Source: Pseudomonadota bacterium
GTDB taxonomy: Bacteria; Bdellovibrionota; Bdellovibrionia; Bdellovibrionales; Bdellovibrionaceae
Assembly (NCBI GenBank): GCA_041178425.1
Contig: JBEGVH010000030.1
Coordinates: 128,001-192,000, forward strand
DNA: 64,000 nucleotides
Direction of reading: 5' to 3'
Positions 41,955-50,776 of this stretch are shown here, in pieces (the first letter of the stretch is position 1; the number at the start of each line of letters is the position of its first letter). Made by a program: the position numbers and the translations under genes. The notes beneath the pieces are model-generated. The model did no database searches. It had not been told where the DNA came from and saw only the letters and a list, made by a program, of their open reading frames with translations.

Positions 41955-43271
41955 TTAATAGCCCTGGAAGTCGACTTCTACCGACCCATCCATATGAAGG
42001 CGCGTGACACAATCTCGCCCCCAAGTACCATCGTGATGGGAATGAAAATTCCAAAAAGAAACAGAAGGAGACAAAATTCCCTCATTGGAAGCCAACTCAA
42101 TGGCTTGTTGAGTTTTTACCAGCGAAGGACTTTCGATGGGACTATCACTCCCAAAACTCAGGGGAATCCCTGCTTCAATGAGATTACGCCAGGGAAAACA
42201 AAATTTATAAAGCTCACCAAGTTTTGATTTCAACCAACGTTGATCAGACAGAAAATGAGACGGCTGAAGGTGACAACGAACATTGAGTTGCTTCATTAGT
42301 TGAATAGTCTCTGGCCTGACCACTTCACAATGCTCGAGATGAAGTTCGCCTTCAATGCCACGACTCTTCAATTGAACCGCCAAGGTCACAATTTTATGAA
42401 CGGCTTCATCACCGAGAGTATGGATCGCCACCGGGAATTTCTCTGCCCAACAACGAATAAGAATTTCTTCAATCATCGGTGGATCATAGATTAAGATGCC
42501 TTGCTTTCCGCTGGGATATGGGTGACTCAATAGGGCACCTTCCGAACCAAGAGCCCCATCGAAAAAGACCTTCAATCCGGCCTGCCGCAATTGTCTGGAA
42601 GATTGAAGTCGAGCCGTTTTTATTTCTTGAATTCGGGCTAAAAGCAGATCCATCGAATCCAGGTTAAAAAACATCTCGCAAAAAAGCTTGAGATGACCCT
42701 TTTGCTCTAAGTTTCTCGCCAAATCCCAATGCTGTAGACAGCCCCCCACATCTCTAATGTGAGTGAACCCACTGAGATTGAAGACTACCATGCCTTCGAC
42801 TAAAAAGCGAGTGAGGTCAGCTGGGTAGAGCGGGGGAAAATGGCGTTCTACGATTTCTTTTGCCGCATCGATTAGAATTCCCTTAGGTTTGCCTTGGTCA
42901 TCGCGCTCAATTCGCCCACCCACAAACTGATCGGGCGTGGCAGTGAATGGAAGTCCCGCCAATGACATCGCACGACTGTTAACCCAGAGCGCGTGGCCAT
43001 CAATTCGACTGAAGGCAACTGGGTGATTGGGAAAAAGCTCATCGAGCAAGGAAAGATGTGGTTGTTCATAGGCTGGCCAGAGGCTTTCATCCCAACCAAA
43101 GCCAATATACCACTGCCCTCGATTGGGTTTCAAATTTGAAACCCTCTCTCTAAATTCCTGAATAGACGTTATTCCCGTGAGATTGATTAGATTGAGAACT
43201 TCTCCCGTGCTCATCCAATGCACATGCGAATCATAGCAACGAGGAATCGTAACCTGCGGAAGACTATACAC
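41955..43271 (-). CDS. Amidohydrolase family protein (YtcJ/Amidohydro_3-like)
   Basis: DSHVH, GWDE, RIDGHALWVNS, KVFFDGALGS, HTLGD, HLEH and FGSDSP motifs. Confidence 0.9.
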   Translation of the reverse strand: MYSLPQVTIPRCYDSHVHWMSTGEVLNLINLTGITSIQEFRERVSNLKPNRGQWYIGFGWDESLWPAYEQPHLSLLDELFPNHPVAFSRIDGHALWVNSRAMSLAGLPFTATPDQFVGGRIERDDQGKPKGILIDAAKEIVERHFPPLYPADLTRFLVEGMVVFNLSGFTHIRDVGGCLQHWDLARNLEQKGHLKLFCEMFFNLDSMDLLLARIQEIKTARLQSSRQLRQAGLKVFFDGALGSEGALLSHPYPSGKQGILIYDPPMIEEILIRCWAEKFPVAIHTLGDEAVHKIVTLAVQLKSRGIEGELHLEHCEVVRPETIQLMKQLNVRCHLQPSHFLSDQRWLKSKLGELYKFCFPWRNLIEAGIPLSFGSDSPIESPSLVKTQQAIELASNEGILSPSVSFWNFHSHHDGTWGRDCVTRLHMDGSVEVDFQGY

Positions 43272-43277
43272 TCGAAT

Positions 43278-45224
43278 TTACCGAACAGGTGGATTGCCGT
43301 AGGTGTTTCCGTTGAAACCTGGAGCAGGATTCATGGTTGCCGGAGGTGGATAGGCACCCATGCCCATACCGCCCATTCCCATGCCCATACCCATTCCCAT
43401 GCCCATACCCATTCCGCCGCCAGGGTATGGCATTGGTTGCATTGGCATCATCAAATCAACTCCTAGACCAACACCCGTTTGCGCTTGTTGGAGCCTAAAA
43501 AGAAGCCCGTAAAGCTCTTGTTGTAAGCCAGCAACCACTCTTTGACGTGCAAACATATTTTCTTGAGTTCGACGTTGTGTTTCCATGAAAGCTTGCATTT
43601 GCATCATCTGCATTTGCATCATTTGTTGTTGCATCTGGAAGGCCCCAAGTCCGCCATCGATTGCGCCCATCATCGGCATCATTCCCATTCCACCAGCCAT
43701 CGGCATCATACCCATACCACCGGCCATCGGCATCATACCCATACCACCGGCCATCGGCATCATACCCATTCCACCGGCCATCGGCATCATACCCATACCA
43801 CCAGCCATCGGCATCATACCCATACCACCGGCCATCGGCATCATACCCATTCCCATGGGCATCATTCCTATGGCGCCAACCATACCACCAATCATTGGAT
43901 ATCCCATTGCGCCAGCCATGGGCATCATACCCATACCGCCAGCCATCGGCATCATTCCCATACCGCCAGCCATCGGCATCATACCCATACCGCCAGCCAT
44001 CGGCATCATTCCCATACCGCCAGCCATCGGCATCATACCCATACCGCCAGCCATCGGCATCATACCCATTCCCATGGGCATCATTCCCATCGCTCCCATC
44101 ATGGCGCCACCGAAAGCGCCCATCATTGGATAGCCGCCAGGCATATACATTCCACCACCAGGAAATCCAGGATACATACCCATTGGGTAACCCATGAGGC
44201 CACCCGGACCATACATGCCACCCATGCCACCGTTACAGCCGAACCCGCCGACCATTCCACCGGTGATAGCACCATAAAGCCCCATTGATCCGAGCATCAT
44301 ACCCATAGGCCAACCAAAACCCATGGCAGGGTTAGTGGGAAATCCCAACTGTGCATTCACATTGGTTGCGTTCTTCATTCCCATGTAACCGGCGTATGCA
44401 CCGAGTGCCCCGGCTGCGATTCCACCGAGAACTTGTAAACCCGAAGGACGCGGTGGGCCCATTGCTACTGCCCCTCGTCCCATGGCACACTCAGGACAAC
44501 CGCCTTCGAGTGATTCTTTTTGTGCTTCACGTAGGGCCCTGCTGGCCTCTCTTTTCACAGTTCGTTTTTGTTCATTGAGCGAATCGAGTTGTGCTTCGAT
44601 AGACTGAAGCTCGGCTTCCTTTTGTTCTTTCTGACGAATACGCTGTTGGAGTCCACTGATGCCCATGCGGCATTTTGAACTTCCACCTCGGACGGTGTGC
44701 TTATCACAGAGATTAACACTGACGTTTCCATTCATTTTTCTATCGCAGTAAGAATACCAGTCTTGATCTCCAAATGGCTCATAGCTTTCGCTGCCCTCGG
44801 TGTCTCCACCCTGATCATAATCAATTGTCGGATTTTTATCGGAGCTATGTTGAACCACTCCCGATGAGTTAGTCCAAAAGTTTCTGTACATTCCGCAACT
44901 ACGATATCCCTCAATGTGATTAATGATGATTTGAGCCTTGGCACCATCAAGAGCAAAAATAAGTCCATCGCGATCTCGCTGTGCAGATCTTTCGAGCTCT
45001 CGAATGTCGCTCTTGAGATCTTTTTGTCTCTCTTTTAAGTCTTTGATTTCAGTTTCGATATCTCGAAGTAAATCCGACTCATCAACGGACCCGTTTGCGA
45101 CGCCAGAATTATAGGGACATTGCTGAGACAACCCATAAGCTCCCATACCCCACTGTGCATGGCTCACTGAGCTCCAAGTAAAGTGACTAACAAGCAAAAA
45201 AAATGCGAGAGATAATAACCTCAT
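43278..45224 (-). CDS. Secreted coiled-coil protein with a Met/Gly/Pro repeat domain, function unknown
   Basis: 648 aa with a GGAG RBS. Domain order: signal peptide (..VSHA^QW), two coiled coils around a Cys-containing insert, CPEC, Gly-rich hydrophobic segments, (MGMMPMAGG)n, a Q/M-rich helix and a (GM)n tail. Confidence 0.88.
   Translation of the reverse strand: MRLLSLAFFLLVSHFTWSSVSHAQWGMGAYGLSQQCPYNSGVANGSVDESDLLRDIETEIKDLKERQKDLKSDIRELERSAQRDRDGLIFALDGAKAQIIINHIEGYRSCGMYRNFWTNSSGVVQHSSDKNPTIDYDQGGDTEGSESYEPFGDQDWYSYCDRKMNGNVSVNLCDKHTVRGGSSKCRMGISGLQQRIRQKEQKEAELQSIEAQLDSLNEQKRTVKREASRALREAQKESLEGGCPECAMGRGAVAMGPPRPSGLQVLGGIAAGALGAYAGYMGMKNATNVNAQLGFPTNPAMGFGWPMGMMLGSMGLYGAITGGMVGGFGCNGGMGGMYGPGGLMGYPMGMYPGFPGGGMYMPGGYPMMGAFGGAMMGAMGMMPMGMGMMPMAGGMGMMPMAGGMGMMPMAGGMGMMPMAGGMGMMPMAGGMGMMPMAGAMGYPMIGGMVGAIGMMPMGMGMMPMAGGMGMMPMAGGMGMMPMAGGMGMMPMAGGMGMMPMAGGMGMMPMAGGMGMMPMMGAIDGGLGAFQMQQQMMQMQMMQMQAFMETQRRTQENMFARQRVVAGLQQELYGLLFRLQQAQTGVGLGVDLMMPMQPMPYPGGGMGMGMGMGMGMGMGGMGMGAYPPPATMNPAPGFNGNTYGNPPVR
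43662..43850 (-). repeat. 27-bp tandem repeat, 7 units (distal block)
   Basis: Units such as ACCACCGGCCATCGGCATCATACCCAT on the plus strand; 189 bp encoding MGMMPMAGG x6 plus MGMMPMMGA. Confidence 0.95.
43908..44069 (-). repeat. 27-bp tandem repeat, 6 units (proximal block)
   Basis: Units ACCGCCAGCCATCGGCATCAT(A/T)CCCAT on the plus strand; 162 bp encoding MGMMPMAGG x5 plus MGMMPMAGA. Confidence 0.95.
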
Positions 45225-45245
45225 AAGTACTCCAACTTATGATTA

Positions 45246-45273
45246 TTGTCGGATATTGAGACTCTAAACTTAA
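45246..45273 (-). promoter_or_regulatory. Putative sigma28 (FliA) promoter of the Met/Gly repeat gene
   Basis: TTAAGTTT-12 nt-TCCGACAA versus consensus TAAAGTTT-N11-GCCGATAA; 21 nt upstream of the ATG. Confidence 0.55.
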
Positions 45274-45413
45274 CATCTTTCGGCGAGATCCTAGACCATA
45301 GTCGATCGAAAACAGAACTTTTCTGATGAGGCCAGTTGTTCTAGGTTCATTTTATCCCTAGACTTACATAGAGCACCGATTTTAATCCAGCACCGAACCT
45401 GGCAGGAGGCCGG

Positions 45414-46532
45414 ATGAGAAAACAAACACTACTTGTGGTTGATGATGAAGCTGACAATCTTGATGCCCTCGAGCGAATATTTCGCAAACGCTACCATTTT
45501 CTGAGAGCTAATTCGGCGGCTGAGGCTCTCGAAATTACAACTAAAGAGCCAGAAATCGATGTGATCATCACTGATCAGCGAATGCCCATGATGACAGGAG
45601 TAGAATTCTTAGAGAAGACTCTCTCGACTCACCCAAAAACAGTTCGAATTTTACTCACTGGATTTACAGAAATCGAGTCCATCATTGCCGCCGTTAACCA
45701 AGGACATATTTTTCGTTATATCACCAAGCCTTGGGATACTGCAGATTTAATGAATAGTGTCGACCAAGCCATGGAACATTACTCTCGAGGCTTCCAACTA
45801 GAACTTAAAAACCGCGAACTGGAGAATGCTCTCGAAGAATTAAAGCTTTTAGATCAAGCTAAAAACAAATTCATGATTCTTATAAACCATGAGTTAAAAA
45901 CGCCGCTGACGGTGATTAGCAGTTTTCTCAGCTTGTTAATGGAAACAAAGATTGATAGCGAGCAAAGTACCTATCTCGATCGAATCAAAAAAAGTACAAA
46001 TCGCCTACAAGAGATTATCGATGACACTCTCATCCTTACCCAGTACACAGCCGGCAAACTCTTAGTTCAAAAACAGCCCGTGAATCTTGAATCAATCGTT
46101 AATTCTTGTCTCAGTGAAGTCCAGGAAGACGCCGAAAAGAAGTCGATCACTTTCAATTTTAAACCGCCAATCTCTACCCAACAATTCAATCTTGATTTTG
46201 CCTTAATTAAGCGAGCCTTGAGACACCTCGTGAATAACGCCCTCCGGTTTTCTCCCCCTGGCTCTGAAATTAACCTTGAGATTGATTTGGGAAACACCAG
46301 CGCTAAGCTGATGATTGAAAATGAAGGCAACCCTATTCCTCAATACGTTATCGACAAGCTCGACACTCCCTTTAACCTGCAATCGGAGATCATGAATCAC
46401 AGCAAGGGTCTTGGACTGGGACTCAGCGTTTCCGATGCCATTATCCGTGAACATGGAAGCCGGCTCGAGATCGCTCACCGAACTCTTCCGAACGAGAAAT
46501 CGGTTGTCCGAATTTCGTTCGCCATCTCTTAA
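45414..46532 (+). CDS. Cytoplasmic hybrid response regulator/histidine kinase (REC-HisKA-HATPase)
   Basis: VVDDE, ITDQRMP and YITKPW receiver motifs; NHELKTPL H-box, NNALRF N-box and GLGLGLS G2 box; no TM segments. Confidence 0.95.
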   Translation: MRKQTLLVVDDEADNLDALERIFRKRYHFLRANSAAEALEITTKEPEIDVIITDQRMPMMTGVEFLEKTLSTHPKTVRILLTGFTEIESIIAAVNQGHIFRYITKPWDTADLMNSVDQAMEHYSRGFQLELKNRELENALEELKLLDQAKNKFMILINHELKTPLTVISSFLSLLMETKIDSEQSTYLDRIKKSTNRLQEIIDDTLILTQYTAGKLLVQKQPVNLESIVNSCLSEVQEDAEKKSITFNFKPPISTQQFNLDFALIKRALRHLVNNALRFSPPGSEINLEIDLGNTSAKLMIENEGNPIPQYVIDKLDTPFNLQSEIMNHSKGLGLGLSVSDAIIREHGSRLEIAHRTLPNEKSVVRISFAIS

Positions 46533-46574
46533 TTACCCTATTTAGCGATTGGTCTCCCAGTTGCTATAGAGGGC

Positions 46575-47843
46575 ATGGCATTTAAACAAAGTTATATAAC
46601 CTTTATCTTTTTATTTTTTCAATTATCAGCTTTCGGCAATTGGAAACCACCACAAATCCTCGTCGTCGAACAGAACAAATTCGTAGAGGTCAGTGTTAAC
46701 AAAAATGATTCCATCACCATTGAGGCCAAGGGAATAGCCTCCCTCAGGGATCTCGGAAATCAGCTGCTTATTTATGGAAAGAAACAAGGAGAGACGCTTT
46801 TGCGCATTGGCAAAAAGCCCTACCATCTCATTGTTACGGACTCGATTGGCCACCTTTCTTATCTGAGGCTCTTAACGGTCATAGACAACCTTCCCACGCT
46901 AAGTCTCGATTATCGAGATCATTTTTTTCGCATCCATGGACGACTAAATGAGGCTTCTACTTGGTTGACCCTAGCAAAACTAAACCTAGAGCGCTTTGTT
47001 CTTGAAGCCAATGTTACCGATAAAGATCTTCGACTTATTGAGCAAAGGCTCAATGATCATCTGGATCGATCAGGATTTCCTCGAGTTAAACTCACCATGG
47101 AGCCCTTTCCAACAGCGCGACTTCCGAAATTAGCAATAGCGAATTCACAGATGGTGACCCTACTTCATCATTACGGGCTGAACATTAAAGTAGACGAACA
47201 ACGCCTTTTACCAAAAGAGCTTATCCGCGTTCAGGTAACGCTTCTAGAAATGCGACGGTCTTATTCAGAAAAACTGGGGCTGGATTGGCCCTCCCAATTA
47301 ACGGCTCAAATTCTTCCACAAAAACTCATTCCAGATAGCCCACTAGGCACGCTAACCTTCGATTGGATTGCACAAAAAGGCCATGGAAAAATTTTAGCGG
47401 CGCCAGTCCTTGTGACTAGCAGTGGAAGTGAAGCTGACTTCTTTGCTGGAGGCGAGTTTCCAGTCAAAACAAAAACCAAGCAAACTCAAACGGTGCAATG
47501 GAAGAAATATGGCATCAGTTTAAAAATAAAACCAAAAGCAGATCCCGATGGCAAACTAAGCATCGATCTCAAAAGTGAAATCTCAACCATCGATCCCGGA
47601 GAGAAAGTCGATGGGATTCCCTCACTCTTCACCAACTCAATGAATTCTCACTTTGACCTCGAGCAGGCGCAATCCATTGCCCTTTCCGGGCTGATTAAAA
47701 AAGTGGGCGGCGAAACGCTCAAGCTTTGGCCCGGTCTCGGAGAAATTCCTATTTTTGGCGAACTTTTTCGAAGTACCGAATATCAACAAGACCTCACAGA
47801 ACTTCTGGTTCTCGTCACTCCAAGCATTATGAGAGGAGAATAG
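46575..47843 (+). CDS. RcpA/CpaC-type pilus secretin
   Basis: Signal peptide; LGLDW, ILAAPVL, ADFFAGGEFPV, KKYGISLKIKP, PGLGEIPIFGELFRS and ELLVLVTP secretin motifs. Confidence 0.92.
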   Translation: MAFKQSYITFIFLFFQLSAFGNWKPPQILVVEQNKFVEVSVNKNDSITIEAKGIASLRDLGNQLLIYGKKQGETLLRIGKKPYHLIVTDSIGHLSYLRLLTVIDNLPTLSLDYRDHFFRIHGRLNEASTWLTLAKLNLERFVLEANVTDKDLRLIEQRLNDHLDRSGFPRVKLTMEPFPTARLPKLAIANSQMVTLLHHYGLNIKVDEQRLLPKELIRVQVTLLEMRRSYSEKLGLDWPSQLTAQILPQKLIPDSPLGTLTFDWIAQKGHGKILAAPVLVTSSGSEADFFAGGEFPVKTKTKQTQTVQWKKYGISLKIKPKADPDGKLSIDLKSEISTIDPGEKVDGIPSLFTNSMNSHFDLEQAQSIALSGLIKKVGGETLKLWPGLGEIPIFGELFRSTEYQQDLTELLVLVTPSIMRGE

Positions 47844-47846
47844 TCT

Positions 47847-48965
47847 GTGTATACAGAGCTCACGGATATTTGTTGCAAAATAAACGACAAATTAGGATCG
47901 ATCACACTGAGTGAAAATTATTTTCACTTTCGTGGCACTGAACCAATCGGACTCGAAGCTCTAGAAAAGGTGATCTTTGATCAAATCGCCCTTGCTCCCG
48001 ATTCGCTACAAAAGCGATTAAAAGAGGAGTATTTCGGCCTTGGCCCCTTAAAAGAAATTCTTGAAAACCCCTCTGTCACCGAAATTATTATTAATTGTTT
48101 CGATTCTCTCTGGATTGAAAAAGATGGCCGATTGAGTGAGTTCAATGACAGTTTTTTATCTCTCCAGACTTACAAACTTTTTCTTCAACGTCTCTATTTA
48201 CAAATCGGTTTGGAGCCCACCCTCACTCACCCGTTCGTTGATGGTCAATGGAATGGGCACAGACTTCACATTATTGGCTCCTACTCGCATGAGAGCAAGC
48301 CCGTGCGAATCGCGATCAGAAAACATAAGTTATCCTCTTGGACACTTGCAGAGCTCCTCAAAAGCTCATGGGCTTCCGAACCAGCGATCGCTTTACTGAA
48401 AACGTTGGTCCTAACAAAAAAGAATTTCCTTGTGATTGGTGCCACGGGATCTGGAAAAACAAGCGTCTTAAATGCGCTCATGAATGAGATTCCAGATAAT
48501 GAACGTGTTATCGTCATCGAAGACAGCGAAGAACTCAAATTGCCAAATCGATCGAGCAGCCAATTACTCACCCGCTATGATCAAAGACAAGTGTTACCCA
48601 CTGTTTCTCTCACGGATCTCGTGCGCCAGAGCCTACGTATGCGTCCTGATCGATTAGTGATCGGTGAAGTTAGGGGCGGAGAAGCTAAGGATCTACTGCT
48701 GGCATTGGCGACCGGACACGAGGGAAGTGCAAGCACTCTTCATGCCTCCGATGGCAGACAAGCCCTCATTCGCTTAGAAATGCTCATTCAAATGGGAGCA
48801 CCCCAATGGAACCTGCATGCCATTCGGCGCCTTATTCAAATGAGTCTAGAGTACCTAATTATTTGCCACAAAAACACCAACGGCCATCGCCAGCTCGAGG
48901 GAATCTATCAAATCGTTTCCCTCGAGGAATCAGGCTTAATCGTTGAAAGAGTCTATCATGGATGA
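47847..48965 (+). CDS. tadA: TadA/CpaF pilus assembly ATPase
   Basis: GLGPL...VTEIIIN, Walker A GATGSGKTS, IEDSEEL, LRMRPDRLVIGEVRGGEA and TGHEG.STLHA motifs. Confidence 0.93.
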   Translation: MYTELTDICCKINDKLGSITLSENYFHFRGTEPIGLEALEKVIFDQIALAPDSLQKRLKEEYFGLGPLKEILENPSVTEIIINCFDSLWIEKDGRLSEFNDSFLSLQTYKLFLQRLYLQIGLEPTLTHPFVDGQWNGHRLHIIGSYSHESKPVRIAIRKHKLSSWTLAELLKSSWASEPAIALLKTLVLTKKNFLVIGATGSGKTSVLNALMNEIPDNERVIVIEDSEELKLPNRSSSQLLTRYDQRQVLPTVSLTDLVRQSLRMRPDRLVIGEVRGGEAKDLLLALATGHEGSASTLHASDGRQALIRLEMLIQMGAPQWNLHAIRRLIQMSLEYLIICHKNTNGHRQLEGIYQIVSLEESGLIVERVYHG

Positions 48966-49292
48966 ATAATCACTTTTTTCAACCGGATAAAGGTCTGTAG
49001 AAACTGTCATTGTTTCTTCGGGCTCGCTTGCTCTTGGAGCCTGATTAACAAAGAAATTTCGAGTCATTTCCTCTACCATTTTGGCATTTTTAGCTTCTTT
49101 AGGATTTCTATAGGTCGATTTCAGGTCTTGAACACCGATATTTTTGACGGTACTCAAGGTGACTCGATCTCGAATCTCAGAAGATCCTTCCGATCTTCCA
49201 AAAGCGGGTGCACCTGGTCTTACGGGTCGAAGCGCTTCTTTTTCTGCCCTAATCCTTGGGCTTTCAGGGAGTATTCCACTGATCTTTTCCAT
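48936..49292 (-). CDS. Small hypothetical protein (FlgM-like layout)
   Basis: 118 aa with a perfect AGGAGGTG RBS, an upstream sigma28-like promoter and a DRVTLS motif. Confidence 0.8.
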   Translation of the reverse strand: MEKISGILPESPRIRAEKEALRPVRPGAPAFGRSEGSSEIRDRVTLSTVKNIGVQDLKSTYRNPKEAKNAKMVEEMTRNFFVNQAPRASEPEETMTVSTDLYPVEKSDYSSMIDSFND

Positions 49293-49318
49293 GTTGCACC
49301 TCCTGTGCGACTATTCTC

Positions 49319-49345
49319 TTATCGGAGGCCTCTTAAAAAACTTGA
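49319..49345 (-). promoter_or_regulatory. Putative sigma28 (FliA) promoter
   Basis: TCAAGTTT-11 nt-TCCGATAA, near consensus and with exact spacing. Confidence 0.72.
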
Positions 49346-49365
49346 GAAAATTGTAAAAATATTTT

Positions 49366-50745
49366 TCAGTTCAATGATCCCATGAAGCCAATCATTGAGC
49401 GAACCGTCTTGCACCAGCCATCTTTGCTGACGCTTTCATTTTCTGAGTGGGCCAAAGTCAAGGGATCAGCAACTCCTAATAGTAAAGCTGGTGCGCCACC
49501 GAGCGCATCTGAAAAAGTTTGTACAAAAGGAATCGAAGCACCGCATCCGATCTTCACTGCTTCTTTACCCCAACCTTTGGCAAGAGCCCCTTGCATTTTT
49601 GCAAACATGGGATGATCAGTCTTCGTACGCCACCAATTGCCAGCGCTTAAAGATTTGATTTCTACCTTTAGTCCAAAGGGAACGTGTTTCTCTAAGTGAC
49701 TTTTGATAAGCTCGAAGGCCCTTGCTCCATCAATATCAGGAACAGTTCTCAAGCCCACCTTTGCCCAGGCATGCTCTACTATAATATTACCCGCTTGAGC
49801 TCGCGAAGACGCCTGAATCGCATTCACTCCCAATGTCGGCTTAAACCACATTCGTTCGCGCACTTCGTTCTCGGCCCCTAATAGTGGAACATCAGAAAGC
49901 AGTCCAGCTTCTGAGCGAAACTTCGCCTTATCGAAGGGTAAACTCTGAAGACGTTTTTGATCCTCTTGCTCCATAGGACGAACCATTTCCATAATGCCAG
50001 GAACCTGAATATTTCCGTGCTCATCGATTAAGGTACCTAACATTTTTGCAAGACCAAGAGCTGCATCGGGAAGAGGGCCTCCCCATAAACCTGAGTGAAC
50101 TGGTTGCTTGAGTGCACTTACTTGCACAGAAGCTGCGACAAGTCCGCGAAGAGAGATGGTCAAACCAGGCGTTTCAACATCGAAGTTTTCAGCGTCGACA
50201 ATGACGATGGCATCGGCTTGAATTTTTTGTTTGTATTGTTCGATAAATTCATCAAGACAAGATGAACCGTCTTCCTCTTCACCCTCGACAAGGACCTTGA
50301 TGTTTACAGGAAGTCGCCCCACTGCTTTAAGCCAACTATCAATAGCCGCAAGTTCAGCCACCAACCCGCCTTTGTCGTCGGCACTGCCTCGACCAAAAAG
50401 TCGGCCATCCCTTTCTGTTAATTCAAAGGGAGGGCTCAACCACTTTTCAGCCGTTCCAATCGGCTGAACATCATAGTGTGAGTAAAGAAGTATCGTTGGT
50501 GCACCGGGCGCATTTAACCACTCACCATACACGTAGGGTCGCTGATTCTCTTCAATAGAAATAGTTTGAACATTTTCGAGCCCAGCTTCTCGAAGCAAAT
50601 CATGAACGCACTGTCCACACTGAGCCACAAAAGAGTAATCAAAACCTGGCAAACTAATGCTCGGGATGGCAACAAGCTCCTTAAGCCAACCAAAGTACTT
50701 TTGTTGATTAGCCTGAAAATACTCATATACTTTTTCTGCGCTCAT
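49366..50745 (-). CDS. M20 family metallopeptidase (dipeptidase-like)
   Basis: YSHYDVQP, GRGSADDKG, EGEEEDGS, HSGLWGG, GASIP and AHSENE motifs. Confidence 0.95.
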   Translation of the reverse strand: MSAEKVYEYFQANQQKYFGWLKELVAIPSISLPGFDYSFVAQCGQCVHDLLREAGLENVQTISIEENQRPYVYGEWLNAPGAPTILLYSHYDVQPIGTAEKWLSPPFELTERDGRLFGRGSADDKGGLVAELAAIDSWLKAVGRLPVNIKVLVEGEEEDGSSCLDEFIEQYKQKIQADAIVIVDAENFDVETPGLTISLRGLVAASVQVSALKQPVHSGLWGGPLPDAALGLAKMLGTLIDEHGNIQVPGIMEMVRPMEQEDQKRLQSLPFDKAKFRSEAGLLSDVPLLGAENEVRERMWFKPTLGVNAIQASSRAQAGNIIVEHAWAKVGLRTVPDIDGARAFELIKSHLEKHVPFGLKVEIKSLSAGNWWRTKTDHPMFAKMQGALAKGWGKEAVKIGCGASIPFVQTFSDALGGAPALLLGVADPLTLAHSENESVSKDGWCKTVRSMIGFMGSLN

Positions 50746-50776
50746 CGACCATCCCTTATGGTTTGAAAATTAAAAT

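Noticed and set aside
43662..44069. 27-bp repeats as a possible CRISPR array
   Set aside because: The units are directly tandem with no unique spacers, lie in frame inside a CDS, and no cas genes are present.
43542..44288. Three long plus-strand ORFs (His-rich HRHHTHTTG, GIIPIPPAI and PSASYPYHR repeats)
   Set aside because: They are antisense shadows of the Met/Gly repeat, which simply lacks stops in these frames. They have no RBS, while the minus-strand frame has a signal peptide, RBS and promoter.
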